From IMG/VR virus record IMGVR_UViG_3300032240_001660, positions 1-63,719 of that record: 63,719 nucleotides of DNA; one strand, 5' to 3'. Numbering within the stretch: position 1 is the first letter of the stretch; every line of letters begins with the position of its first letter. This DNA comes from a virus. Its lineage: Duplodnaviria; Caudoviricetes. Positions 17,823 to 28,686 of this stretch are shown here, one piece after another. A program made the translations under genes and the position numbers. The notes beneath the pieces were generated by a model. It was not told the origin of the DNA. It worked only from the letters and a program-made list of their open reading frames with translations, and searched no databases.

Positions 17823-20800
17823 TATACCACCTTGGCAGGCATTGCAATAACACGAAGGTCACGAATCTTAACAACATCATATGTTTGTTTGCCTGTCATA
17901 ACAATCTTAATTGCAAAAGTTTTAAATGTATTGAATACTGAACCTGTGCTATTTGTATATGAGATTTGATTATCTGCGGCCTGATTAGTACCTGGCGCAA
18001 ACATCAATTCACGATAGTCATATGGGTTAGTAGAAACATAGTTAGCATTACCAACTTGTGTCAATAAATTCCAGCCTTTGTCATCCCATGCATCAGGGTC
18101 AGATGATGATAGATATTTAGCGTAAACTAAAATATCAGTATCAGTAGGTCTGTATGCGGTTAGGTATACACGCAAGTCACCAGAATCAAAACCTTCTGCA
18201 AGAGTTACTTTACGAGTGATGTATTTAGCATCAGCAGGACCACCAGATTTATCTGTTTCGCCTGTGACTGTTACAGTACCACCAGAACCTGTTGAACCTA
18301 AATCAGTTACAGTTACAGTAGGTTTACCTGTGTAACCTTCACCACCATCAACAATCCATACACTTGAAATCTTACCATTTGCAACATTACCTGATGCAGT
18401 TGCACCTGTACCACCGCCACCAGAAATAGTAATCACTAAATTGGCAGATGATGAATATGATGAACCTGCGGCAGTTATTTGAATATCATCGTTTGCAAGT
18501 TCTAAGTTATTGACAATATTATTTACACCAAGGAATCCCATCTTTGTGGTATCAATGAATGGAGTAATATCAGGATTAACAGTAGATAATAAACTCTTTA
18601 ACAAGAATGTTGTATTACCACTTGCAGGTATCAATTGACGAGTACCATAACCATCAGTCATTTGATAATCAGTATGTGGAATAATAGACTGATAGCCAGT
18701 ATAAGATGCAGTTAATGTTTGTGAATTAAATGTATATTGAATATTTGTATTCTGTGTAGTTACATGTTGTGTAATCAATTGTGCCAAATCATAGTTTTGA
18801 GCATCATTTGGTGTCACAACTTTAAAGAATAACTGACTATTTGTATCAGTATTAAATCTCTTTCTATACATTTGGAACTGAATGTCTGATTGTTGGTCAG
18901 CAGTCCATGTAGAACCGTTTTGTGACATGAACATAGAACCACCATAAGGTTGTTCTGAAATCTGTCTACCAGTTACCAAATCTTTCTTACCAATCTCGGC
19001 TGCATACACTTCGTATTCATTAGAGTTTGCAATCAATACAAATGCATGTTCACCAGGTTGCAAGAACAATGGTGTTGGGAATGTAAACTCGGTGTATTTT
19101 GTTACATCAGTAATATCTGGACTATCTGTAACTTTAACTTTATCTGGAGTCAAGGAAACAGTAGAGTATGGATAAACATCATTACCTGATGGATAACCAT
19201 TGACAACAGGTCTTACTTGCAATGTAACAGGTACAGTTGCATCTTTAGACTTGAAGCAGAATCTCATTTTCGACAAGAATATACCTTGTGGGAATTGTTG
19301 TGGAGAAATTAAGAATGTTTCTGCAAGTGGGTCAACCCAGAATGATGTTTGGTTAACAATCCTATCGGCACCTCTTTGTATATCTGTGAATGTTCTATTC
19401 TCACTTACAGATTTAGATTGTGTACCAACAGCAGTTGTTGCAATAATATTTGTGGATTGTTTAGTCTGCAACAAACCTTGTGAGAAGAATGATGTGTCGC
19501 CATTTGTGCGTGATGTTGGAATATCACCCGCAGCATTATCGATTAATCGGAATAATTTCTCACCAATACGGAATTGTTGTGAAGGAATACAGAACACACC
19601 TGCAATAGCACCACTTGCATCAGTCTTAGGACGACCAACTGAGTAAATTGAATCAGTAGATGGTGCAGTAGTTAAACCAGTAACAGTTGCAACTCTTGTT
19701 GAAACATTGTATGCGGTAATTGTACCTTCTTGACCAACACCTGTACCAGATGCAATAAAGATTGACTTACCAACATACTCGGTTGTATTATTCGCACCAG
19801 AAGTTGAAAGACCTAATGTGAGTGATGTTGTAGAACCACTACTTGCTAAAGTGCCAGAATTGTGTTCGAAACCTGAAATTGTATATGATGCGCCTGTTGT
19901 GGCACCAACAATTTTACCACCACCAGATTTAATAAACGACCAACTATCAATTGCTTCTAAGTTGGCAACATAAACAACATTATTAGCGGCATGCACAGCA
20001 TAACCACTACCATGAATGTTGTTACTTGAATCTTTAATATAAACTAACTCTGGATTAGCAGCAGTAGTTTGTAATTGTAAATTATTTGATGTTACTGTGA
20101 AACGATTAGCAGCAGTAACATACTTGTCAACTGATTTACCATCAAAGAAAGGATACAATGTTGTTGTTGGCTTAAAGTCTGTTGCCATAAACAATACATT
20201 GAGGTTTCTCATGTAAGGAATAATGGACATGTCAACAACTAAGTTACCTAAAGATTTGGTAACTTTATCCAATGTTGCAAATGTAGATGTACCTTGTCTA
20301 ACTTCTTGACCGGTTACTACATTAATAGTTGCTTGATATGTTGTATCTGTTACTAGACGGCGGCCAGCACCTGGGTCATTTCTTACTGTGAATTGATTAC
20401 CTGTATTAATACTTGCAGTCACTCTTTCGGAACCAGAAACTCTGTTCCATGAACCCCATTCGGTATCAGCAGCATTTTCTGCCATCAGACGCCATGCATC
20501 CAAATCACCAGAAATGTCGGCATTAACTTCAGGTGCAGATGCAGTATCTACCCAAAAGTCGGAATCAGGATTTAATACAATTTTACCAATATAGTTAACC
20601 ACATTGAATGGGTTTACATTAACCCACTTAGATGCTTTTGGTTGGTCAATTAATAAAACTTCAGAACCACTTGTCGAAACAATAGGACCATTCTGGTCAA
20701 AACCAGATGAATTTGCAGAATCAAATTGTAGTGTATGAGCCGTTGTGGTGAATGAAGGTCTTAATTCACGCATCATTGGGTCAATAGAATATTTTGGTCT

Positions 20801-23800
20801 TACTTCGTAATCTTTATTCAATACATCAACAACAGATGTACCTGTAAAATTATCTACAAGAATACCGTTTTTAAATCTCAATAGATTTTCAGAATCACGG
20901 ACAGTCAAATCATTTTTGTTTAGTGCGTTTTGCTCTAACAATGATAAAGAAGTGTAGTATTCTAAATTTGTAATGCGTTGGTCTAAACCGCCAATATCTT
21001 TCATTGTATAACGGCGATTATTAATATATCTTCTTGTGATATCTGTTTTAGAATGTGATGTATATGGTTTGTAATTCAAAATATACAATGTCATACCAGT
21101 TGAGGTATCACTAGGTTGAACTGGATTTAATTTAGAAACACCTCTAAGAACTTCAAATTCTTTTGATTTATCTAAAACAACTTTGTCGATTCTTGGCAAA
21201 TAATAACTATAATTCAAAATCAAATCTGTACCAATAGATGGAATCTTAGGACCATATGTTGTGGGTGACACATCAAATGTCACGGCAGAACCAGAACCTG
21301 CGGTTGCATCGGAACGAACTGGACGGAAATCTAAACAATCTCTTAATTCATATACTGCGGTAGATGCACCAATAGTTGGTGCAATGTAATTAGGAATATT
21401 ACCATAATCAAAGTTGGTAACATTGTTTGCAGTATAAGAATCTACTGTGAAGAAACCTGGACCAGATGAAAAGAATCTATTAAAAGACACCGAAATAGGA
21501 CCTTGTGGAGGTGTATATTTTGGTTTTAAACGAATAGATGCATGGTCGTAAATTGAATTTCTTTGACCAGTATCAAAAAAATATTTTGCAGTTACATCAA
21601 CAGCAAGTGATGAATTGGCAGCAGTAACCGCATAGCCCCTGAAGTCTAAAATTTTAGTAAGTTCAATAACATCTGAACAATAGAGTGAGTTAACACCATC
21701 CGCATTGCGATTGATAAATGTATTCGCAATGGTTACTTGACCTTGTGTTGGGTATAATAATACTGCGCTATTACTGAATACATCAACACCACCAGATGAT
21801 TGAATTGTTGTATTAGCAGGGTAATATACTTTAGGTTTGATTGATGGGTTGGAAGCATCAATAGTTGCAACAATGTTTGCAGTCATACCAGAACCACCAG
21901 AAACAGTAATTTGTCTAGTAGAGGTATTTACAGAAATTGCACTTGCAGGAATAATTTGTCCTGCGGTATATGAAGAACCGCCCGCAGAGGTACATGTAAC
22001 AATGAATCTATCTAAAACTGTTGATGTTGATGATGCAGATGCCAAAGATTCACCAGTACCTACTGACAATGCAGGAGATACACCTGATGAGAAGATTTGA
22101 CTATCATACAATCTTCTATATGAATAAGTTAAATCTGAAACTGTATTTTGTTTAATATATTCTTCACCAACACGCATAATCAAAGGTTCAAAATTAGAAT
22201 CTGAGATATATGTTGTATCGTATGTGTATGATGGGTCTTTAGAACGCTGTGCAACATCGGCAGAACACAATCTAGTTGTGCTACTGTAATTGACTAACGA
22301 TTTAATTTGACCAATTTCAAAATCAATTGAAATAGTAGATGCGGTATTTGGCGTTGAAATGCTCAAGAAACCTTTATCAAGTGTCAATGTCTTAGTTGTT
22401 GGATTCCAAGCAGTAATTGTTTTTACACTTTCGGTAGAACCTAAACCACTTGAAATGCGGAACTTCGCACCTTTGTAAGCATCTACAATAGGTGATAATA
22501 GAGAACCGTGAATAACAACATTTGAACCAACTGCTAAATTTGTTGTGCTAACTACATTAGAAACCACATTGTCATTTACTGCTAAATCAAACAAGTATGT
22601 TCTGTATCCATATGTCGATGAATTAGATGTGTTTGATGCAGTATCGTAAAGAACTTCTTTAATACGAGCAGAACCAACTCTTGTGTTGGCAATCATTGCA
22701 GTATTGGCAGTATTGATAGATGCCACATTTACGCAATGTAAATCTACTGTCTGTAATGAATTTGTTGGGAAACTACCAAAGTGGTTATTTGAATATAAGA
22801 AATAACCAAAGTCCATTGTGATGAACTTGTTTTCTACATTGACATACTCTCTTGGTTTGTCGATTGTCAATGTTGTCGGAGAAGTTTTCTTAAACTGACG
22901 ACCATAAACATATGCATTACCGGCAGAAATAATAATATCTGTCTGTGCAGAGTTTGATGCATTATCTTCAACTGAAACAATGAATGGGTTAACTGTGTAG
23001 TTACCAGATTCATCATAAGTTCTTTGAGCCATAATATCGCCCAAAATACTTAATTGTGTTTGTTGGTAATTTTCTGTAACTACCGCTTGTTTAATTTCTT
23101 GTAATTGAATAAATCTTTCGTCATCAACAGATTCTAATGAACGAGTAGAAAGAACCAAATCAATTTTAAATCTATCTGCACCTGGTGCTTGATAGTTTGA
23201 TGCGTCTTGTGCTGGGTCTAGTAGAGATGTATCTGAAGATGATGTTATAACGGATTCAGAAATTTCGTAACCAACACGAGCATTTGCGGTTGATGTTGAG
23301 TATTTGGAAACGGCAACTGTTTGTTTATCTGTTTCAATGTAGTAACCATCATAATAGTAAACACCAGTATCAACAGAAACAATAATACCACTACCAACAT
23401 TTGTAGTATTGGCATAATATGGTGTTGTCTCATTTGTTTTGATTACTTCATTTGCAACAAATGGACTACCGTAAACTTGTTGAATCATCAATGTGATTGG
23501 ATCACCACCTTCAACTGCCTCATATACCTTAATAACTTTACCACGCTTCGATTCATCTAATGAAAGAACTGTTTGGTCAATAAAATTATTTGCAACAACA
23601 TTGGTTGCAACATAGATTGGCGACAAATTTAAATATGTTGCCGTTGCATTAACAATACCACCACCACTTACCAAAGAACCATTTTTAAAAACAAAGTCAC
23701 CTTGTCTTTGGATTTGATTTTGAAGTAATGTTTGAACTTGTGTTAGTTCACGAGCCTGAACCGCATAACCAGGCTTAAACAATAGACGAAGGAACTTTTT

Positions 23801-23857
23801 GCCTGCATCGTAATCGTCAAAGTATGGATTTACATTAAAATTGGTATTAATCGACAT
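17822..23857 (-). CDS. Large virion structural protein, DUF4815/VrlC-like (2011 aa)
   Basis: NVNPYFDDYD..LFKPG.AVQARELTQ.Q, APGADRFKI, RTYDESGNY, YYLPRIDK, RRYTMKDIG, DPLAETF. Confidence 0.85.
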   Translation of the reverse strand: MSINTNFNVNPYFDDYDAGKKFLRLLFKPGYAVQARELTQVQTLLQNQIQRQGDFVFKNGSLVSGGGIVNATATYLNLSPIYVATNVVANNFIDQTVLSLDESKRGKVIKVYEAVEGGDPITLMIQQVYGSPFVANEVIKTNETTPYYANTTNVGSGIIVSVDTGVYYYDGYYIETDKQTVAVSKYSTSTANARVGYEISESVITSSSDTSLLDPAQDASNYQAPGADRFKIDLVLSTRSLESVDDERFIQLQEIKQAVVTENYQQTQLSILGDIMAQRTYDESGNYTVNPFIVSVEDNASNSAQTDIIISAGNAYVYGRQFKKTSPTTLTIDKPREYVNVENKFITMDFGYFLYSNNHFGSFPTNSLQTVDLHCVNVASINTANTAMIANTRVGSARIKEVLYDTASNTSNSSTYGYRTYLFDLAVNDNVVSNVVSTTNLAVGSNVVIHGSLLSPIVDAYKGAKFRISSGLGSTESVKTITAWNPTTKTLTLDKGFLSISTPNTASTISIDFEIGQIKSLVNYSSTTRLCSADVAQRSKDPSYTYDTTYISDSNFEPLIMRVGEEYIKQNTVSDLTYSYRRLYDSQIFSSGVSPALSVGTGESLASASSTSTVLDRFIVTCTSAGGSSYTAGQIIPASAISVNTSTRQITVSGGSGMTANIVATIDASNPSIKPKVYYPANTTIQSSGGVDVFSNSAVLLYPTQGQVTIANTFINRNADGVNSLYCSDVIELTKILDFRGYAVTAANSSLAVDVTAKYFFDTGQRNSIYDHASIRLKPKYTPPQGPISVSFNRFFSSGPGFFTVDSYTANNVTNFDYGNIPNYIAPTIGASTAVYELRDCLDFRPVRSDATAGSGSAVTFDVSPTTYGPKIPSIGTDLILNYSYYLPRIDKVVLDKSKEFEVLRGVSKLNPVQPSDTSTGMTLYILNYKPYTSHSKTDITRRYINNRRYTMKDIGGLDQRITNLEYYTSLSLLEQNALNKNDLTVRDSENLLRFKNGILVDNFTGTSVVDVLNKDYEVRPKYSIDPMMRELRPSFTTTAHTLQFDSANSSGFDQNGPIVSTSGSEVLLIDQPKASKWVNVNPFNVVNYIGKIVLNPDSDFWVDTASAPEVNADISGDLDAWRLMAENAADTEWGSWNRVSGSERVTASINTGNQFTVRNDPGAGRRLVTDTTYQATINVVTGQEVRQGTSTFATLDKVTKSLGNLVVDMSIIPYMRNLNVLFMATDFKPTTTLYPFFDGKSVDKYVTAANRFTVTSNNLQLQTTAANPELVYIKDSSNNIHGSGYAVHAANNVVYVANLEAIDSWSFIKSGGGKIVGATTGASYTISGFEHNSGTLASSGSTTSLTLGLSTSGANNTTEYVGKSIFIASGTGVGQEGTITAYNVSTRVATVTGLTTAPSTDSIYSVGRPKTDASGAIAGVFCIPSQQFRIGEKLFRLIDNAAGDIPTSRTNGDTSFFSQGLLQTKQSTNIIATTAVGTQSKSVSENRTFTDIQRGADRIVNQTSFWVDPLAETFLISPQQFPQGIFLSKMRFCFKSKDATVPVTLQVRPVVNGYPSGNDVYPYSTVSLTPDKVKVTDSPDITDVTKYTEFTFPTPLFLQPGEHAFVLIANSNEYEVYAAEIGKKDLVTGRQISEQPYGGSMFMSQNGSTWTADQQSDIQFQMYRKRFNTDTNSQLFFKVVTPNDAQNYDLAQLITQHVTTQNTNIQYTFNSQTLTASYTGYQSIIPHTDYQMTDGYGTRQLIPASGNTTFLLKSLLSTVNPDITPFIDTTKMGFLGVNNIVNNLELANDDIQITAAGSSYSSSANLVITISGGGGTGATASGNVANGKISSVWIVDGGEGYTGKPTVTVTDLGSTGSGGTVTVTGETDKSGGPADAKYITRKVTLAEGFDSGDLRVYLTAYRPTDTDILVYAKYLSSSDPDAWDDKGWNLLTQVGNANYVSTNPYDYRELMFAPGTNQAADNQISYTNSTGSVFNTFKTFAIKIVMTGKQTYDVVKIRDLRVIAMPAKVV

Positions 23858-23869
23858 TTATTTTTTCTC

Positions 23870-25429
23870 TCAAAATCTTACGACAAACTTGATGCTTTCA
23901 GCTTGTCCATCTGTTCGTTGCGTTTTAACGATATTATCGACATACAATATGTCACCTGTATAAGGTTCAAATTCGGGATTCTTTGTAACAACAACTGCTC
24001 TACCGGTTGGATTAGTTGAGACACCTTTTAATGGACCACCAGTTGTTGGTGTGCCTTTAACCCGTGTAAGTCTGACCACATTGGCATCTTGTGCATTAAC
24101 ATACCCACTAAATGTGGCAGTATTTGAAGAAGGACCTTGATAGACAAACTCATCTAAATTATAACTAGAACCAGAAATAATCGTTAAATCAGTTGTTTGG
24201 GAAATGACAGTATTTGCATTTCCAGAATCAACAACTTCATCAGATCCATATTTATGCGGGTCTCTCAGAAGTCCGTATTGTCTGAATGTTGTTCCAGTAG
24301 AAATTAATCCACCTTCTGTTGAATCAATCTCACCTATTTTCATTGCAACCATGACGCTTGTAGAACCTAATTCTTTAGCGGAATTGAATCCGTGGCCATA
24401 TTTTGGCGGTAGAACTGCACGAACATTACAACCTGTTCCTGTTCCATAAATTGATATGTTTGCCCGAGTATACCCACTACCATATGTGGTAAGAATAATA
24501 TCATTAATGCCTGTATTAGCACCGACTCTTGCCAAGGCAATAGCGTTCTCACCATCGCCAGAAATCACAACTCTAGTCGTAACAGCAACTGTGTTCCCTG
24601 AACCGCCTCCGTTTGCGGAAGTGTTTGCGGAAAGACGGATACGCAAGTTTAGTGTATCGATAGAATCGATGAAACAACCACCTGCAATGCCTAATCCTGA
24701 AAGTGCCATATTGGCGGCAAGGTAGTTAGTATTGGCAACAGTAATTAAATTAGTACCTGTGGTAAATGAACTTACGCTGATATTACTATGAACATATCCT
24801 GAACCATTATCTTCAACTTCCAAATAAACTAATTCACCATCCACCGAAATAAGTGGTGAAGTATCGTAGTCTAATTTAGATGTTGATACTGGTGCAGGTA
24901 TCCAATTGTTTGTCAAGAAACGATTAGATGCACGGACATTATACAGATACTTCCATGTGTATCCATCCGCAGTTTGAATATTTCCATTTGAACTGAGGTG
25001 TTTACCTGTTGGTTCAATAGATGAATTTGCATTTAATCCGTTAGCAAGACAAATATAAACATTCCTCTCACTATTCATTACATACATCGGCGCAACTGGT
25101 TGTTGGTTAGTATTTGCGGTTGTGGTGATTAAATTTGCAATTTCTACACGGTCGTCATAGTGTTTATAAATTGTATTCGCAGACCAATCGTATCTTGGGA
25201 CAACCAATTCAACTTCACTACCCGTAACTTTACGAGCAGCAAACATGTTATCCCATACTAACTTTTCATTTACGGAAGTATCTGTGATTTCATCTGCAAC
25301 ATCATCATTGGCATATGATAAATGATTGCCAATAAAGACATAACCAATAGTTGGTGAATACTCAAAGAACGATTCTTTGAATTGTTCAGCGGCATTAAAA
25401 CTTATTTTTTTAGAAGTATATGAAGGCAT
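23870..25429 (-). CDS. gp8: Baseplate wedge subunit gp8-like
   Basis: VVPRYDW..Y..YDD, YVMNSERNVYICL.N, DGYTWKYLY, PKYGHG, GDILYVDN..R...Q.E.IKFVVRF. Confidence 0.88.
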   Translation of the reverse strand: MPSYTSKKISFNAAEQFKESFFEYSPTIGYVFIGNHLSYANDDVADEITDTSVNEKLVWDNMFAARKVTGSEVELVVPRYDWSANTIYKHYDDRVEIANLITTTANTNQQPVAPMYVMNSERNVYICLANGLNANSSIEPTGKHLSSNGNIQTADGYTWKYLYNVRASNRFLTNNWIPAPVSTSKLDYDTSPLISVDGELVYLEVEDNGSGYVHSNISVSSFTTGTNLITVANTNYLAANMALSGLGIAGGCFIDSIDTLNLRIRLSANTSANGGGSGNTVAVTTRVVISGDGENAIALARVGANTGINDIILTTYGSGYTRANISIYGTGTGCNVRAVLPPKYGHGFNSAKELGSTSVMVAMKIGEIDSTEGGLISTGTTFRQYGLLRDPHKYGSDEVVDSGNANTVISQTTDLTIISGSSYNLDEFVYQGPSSNTATFSGYVNAQDANVVRLTRVKGTPTTGGPLKGVSTNPTGRAVVVTKNPEFEPYTGDILYVDNIVKTQRTDGQAESIKFVVRF

Positions 25430-25460
25430 ATCTTTTATTTATCTGTCATTTTAGAATGGA

Positions 25461-26168
25461 TTAATAACCAAACCTTGTTTTATGTGTTGCATGTAATGAT
25501 TGAATAGTTGCTAAATCTAACACACCATCATACACTTTAACGAATCCTATGTTACCTGATTGAACTTCAACATTACCTGAACGGCTAAACATTCTTAACT
25601 GATTGAAACCACCACCGCCAGCATTAGTTCCTGTAAATGCTACACCTGATGGTGCTGTGCTTGTTGATGTGTAAAGTTGTCCAGTATTCGTTGATGTATT
25701 CCATGTTGCCCAATCTAAGTGCCAAGCTGTATCAGCACCACTCGATGGTAAGTTTACAACAAAGTTAGGATAGAAAGTATTTGGATTACCATTGTATGCA
25801 CCCATCAACCAATCTTTTGTTGCTTCACTCTGAGTATTTAATAATCTGCCAGCAGAAGTTGCGGATAGTTTATATGCCATGAATACTGTATAACTTTGTG
25901 CAGTAACATAACTCGGACCACCATAGATAAAATCTGTTCCGGTACTATTCGATTTAGCAAATGATCCACCATTGGCCGAGTTCCAAGATATGCTGGCGCC
26001 AGCGTTGGCCACAGTAAGTGTGTATGCTCCTGTGCCATTTGCAAGTGATCCATTGAGTGGTACAACCGAATAATCGGCTGCATCTAAATTATAGACAAGA
26101 GTTGCCGATGGAACCGCAGCAATAGAAGTCCGAGCATTGCCGGCCATCATGGCCATCATACCACTCAT
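25461..26168 (-). CDS. ConA/LamG-like lectin adhesin
   Basis: LVYNLDAA.., GNIG.VKVYD..L...I..L...K.RFG C-terminus; N-terminus MSGMMAMMAG. Confidence 0.6.
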   Translation of the reverse strand: MSGMMAMMAGNARTSIAAVPSATLVYNLDAADYSVVPLNGSLANGTGAYTLTVANAGASISWNSANGGSFAKSNSTGTDFIYGGPSYVTAQSYTVFMAYKLSATSAGRLLNTQSEATKDWLMGAYNGNPNTFYPNFVVNLPSSGADTAWHLDWATWNTSTNTGQLYTSTSTAPSGVAFTGTNAGGGGFNQLRMFSRSGNVEVQSGNIGFVKVYDGVLDLATIQSLHATHKTRFGY

Positions 26169-28678
26169 TACGAAACTCCAGTACCGTTAACGAACCAAGT
26201 ATTTGCGGCTACACAAACTAGAGTCGCCATACCATATGTCGTCACATTGCGATTTGCAGATGTTGTATTGCCAGCTAAGAACAATGATACTCCAGTATTT
26301 GGTGTGATAGTCACATTCGCACTTGAAGATGTTCTTGATATAATAGCAATTGATGCACCAATAGGGAACGCCACATTTGAAGTGGTTGGAATATAAAGTA
26401 TATTGTTTGATGATACATTATAGTATAAATGTCTGCCTTGGTCTGCAAGTGTGATTACATAATTTGATGACAGATTATTCTGTGGCATACCAATGTAACC
26501 AACCGCATTTGCAGATAGGTTACCTGTGGCGGCATTACCAGTAATCGTACCAGTAAGAGTTATACTATCAGATGTGATATTAGATGAAACTCTTAATGTA
26601 GTTAATATTCCAACTGATGATAAGTTGGAAGAAACAACATTACTTGAAAGAACTGTACCAGTTAAAAGACTTGCATTAGCGGTATTAGCGGCAGTATTTG
26701 CAGCATTAAAGGCGGCTTGTGCAAGGATATTGGCCGCATTGGCAAACGCATATGCACTATCAACTTTGATATTGGCAATATTTGAAAACGCATAAGCAGA
26801 ATCCACTTTAACATTTACTGTATTGGCAAAATTGTATGCGTTTTGTGCTAATACATTTGCAGAGTTGGATGAATCAAATGCGGCCTGTGCCAAAATGTTT
26901 GCGGAGTTTGCTCTATCAAAAGCAGCATTGGCAAAATTGTCATAGTTGATTGCAATCGCAGCCGTTGCAAGGGCCGTATTGGCAGTATCAAATGCAGAGT
27001 TTGTTTTTGCAGATACAGATGTTATTGTGTTAGCAAAGTTATATGCACCATTCGCATGTATAAATGCAACATTAGAAGAATCAAATGCGGCTTGTGCTAA
27101 GACATTGGCAGAATTTGCTTTACTGTATGCGGCTTCTGCGGTAACATTAACAGTATTTGCTTGAACAAATGCGGCATCTGTTTTAATATTAACTGTATTG
27201 GCAAATGCGTATGCAGATGTAACTAAAACATTATTTGTGTTTACCGCAGTTTCGGTTGCAACAATACGATAATTTTGTGCAACAATATTAGCAAAGTTTC
27301 CTTGTGCCAAATCATAAACAAGGTTTGCTCTAGTATATGCTGAATTTGCATAAACATATGCCACATTACTTGCATTAAACGCAGTAGCAGAAAGTGTTGT
27401 CGCAACATTAGCCTGGTCAAAAGCGGCATTAGCCCGATTAAATCCGGCATTGGCAGTATTTGCGGTATTTAAAATAAACGCATTGTTTAATGTTACTGAA
27501 AGTGTATTGGCATAATTATATGCATTTTGTGCTAAGACATTGGCAGCATTGGCTTTTGCGTAAGCAGATTGTGTGAATACATTAACTGTATTACTAAATG
27601 CATATGCTGACTCCGCTTTCATGTTGACTGCATTACTATAAAGATATGCTGAGTCAACTTTAATGTTTGCAATATTAGCAAACGCATATGCACTATCTAC
27701 TTTAATATTAACAATGTTAGCAAATGCATATGCAGAATCTACTTTAATATTTGCATTGTTGGCAAAAGAATATAGAACATCAACTTTTGCATTAATATTA
27801 TTTGCCCATGCATATGCCGAGTCAACTTTAATATTAGTAGTATTAGAAAATGCGTATGCAGAATCTACTTTGATGTTTATGGTATTAGCAAATGCATAAG
27901 AAGCATCTGCGGTTATGTTTGCAGAATTGGCTCTACTGAAAGAAGCTTGTGCTAAAATGTTGGCCGAATTTGCTGTGTTGTATGCACCTTGAACTGCACC
28001 TGCATTAGCGGTATTGGCAGCATTAAAGGCGGCTTGTGCTAGAACATTGGCAGCGTTTGCTTGAGCATATGAAGAAAATGCATATACATTTACAGTATTT
28101 GCCAAAACTTCTGCATTATATGTTCTATTTGTTAAAAGCGTAACATCACTTCTTGTAGAATATAATGTTGTATTTACAGTATTTGCATAGTTGTAAGCAC
28201 TATCAACTTTTACATTAATACTGTTTGCCCATGCATATGCAGAATCGACCTTGATATTTACGGTATTACTAAATGCGTATGCGGAGTCAACTTTAATGTT
28301 TACTGTGTTAGCAAAAGCGTATGCACTATCAACTTTTACATTAACTGTGTTAGCGAATGTAAATGAACCTTGTGCTAAAATGTTTGCGGAGTTTGCCATT
28401 GTATAGGCAGACTGTGTAAAGATATTTGTTGTGTTAGATTTATCAAACGCAGCTTGTGCCAGAATATTCGCTGAGTTTGCTTTGCCATATGCTAAGTTTG
28501 AGACTGCAAATGCAACTGGCGCAACATTATCAACCGCTAAATCAATTGCGGCTAATGAGACTTGTTTTGTCGTGAATGTTCCGCTACTTTTATCTACAAC
28601 TACAAACACCGTATTAAGGGTGTTTGCATCTGGCGCTGTTAAAATTGGTAGGCTTGTTATTCTAATTGTCGTTGACAT
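26168..28678 (-). CDS. Long fibre with a 14-residue coiled-coil repeat stalk
   Basis: Many (V/A)NIKVDSAYAFANT and ANILAQAAFxxAN repeats; C-terminal IPT..NVAFPIG..TW.V.GTG domain. Confidence 0.8.
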   Translation of the reverse strand: MSTTIRITSLPILTAPDANTLNTVFVVVDKSSGTFTTKQVSLAAIDLAVDNVAPVAFAVSNLAYGKANSANILAQAAFDKSNTTNIFTQSAYTMANSANILAQGSFTFANTVNVKVDSAYAFANTVNIKVDSAYAFSNTVNIKVDSAYAWANSINVKVDSAYNYANTVNTTLYSTRSDVTLLTNRTYNAEVLANTVNVYAFSSYAQANAANVLAQAAFNAANTANAGAVQGAYNTANSANILAQASFSRANSANITADASYAFANTINIKVDSAYAFSNTTNIKVDSAYAWANNINAKVDVLYSFANNANIKVDSAYAFANIVNIKVDSAYAFANIANIKVDSAYLYSNAVNMKAESAYAFSNTVNVFTQSAYAKANAANVLAQNAYNYANTLSVTLNNAFILNTANTANAGFNRANAAFDQANVATTLSATAFNASNVAYVYANSAYTRANLVYDLAQGNFANIVAQNYRIVATETAVNTNNVLVTSAYAFANTVNIKTDAAFVQANTVNVTAEAAYSKANSANVLAQAAFDSSNVAFIHANGAYNFANTITSVSAKTNSAFDTANTALATAAIAINYDNFANAAFDRANSANILAQAAFDSSNSANVLAQNAYNFANTVNVKVDSAYAFSNIANIKVDSAYAFANAANILAQAAFNAANTAANTANASLLTGTVLSSNVVSSNLSSVGILTTLRVSSNITSDSITLTGTITGNAATGNLSANAVGYIGMPQNNLSSNYVITLADQGRHLYYNVSSNNILYIPTTSNVAFPIGASIAIISRTSSSANVTITPNTGVSLFLAGNTTSANRNVTTYGMATLVCVAANTWFVNGTGVS
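26690..28500 (-). repeat. Degenerate ~42-bp (14-aa) tandem repeat array inside the fibre gene
   Basis: Repeated gcatatgc..tcaacttt..attt/gtt units encoding NIKVDSAYAFAN. Confidence 0.75.
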
Positions 28679-28686
28679 TTCTTTTC

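Noticed and set aside
26690-28500. CRISPR-like array
   Set aside because: The repeats are in-frame, degenerate coding repeats with no unique spacers.
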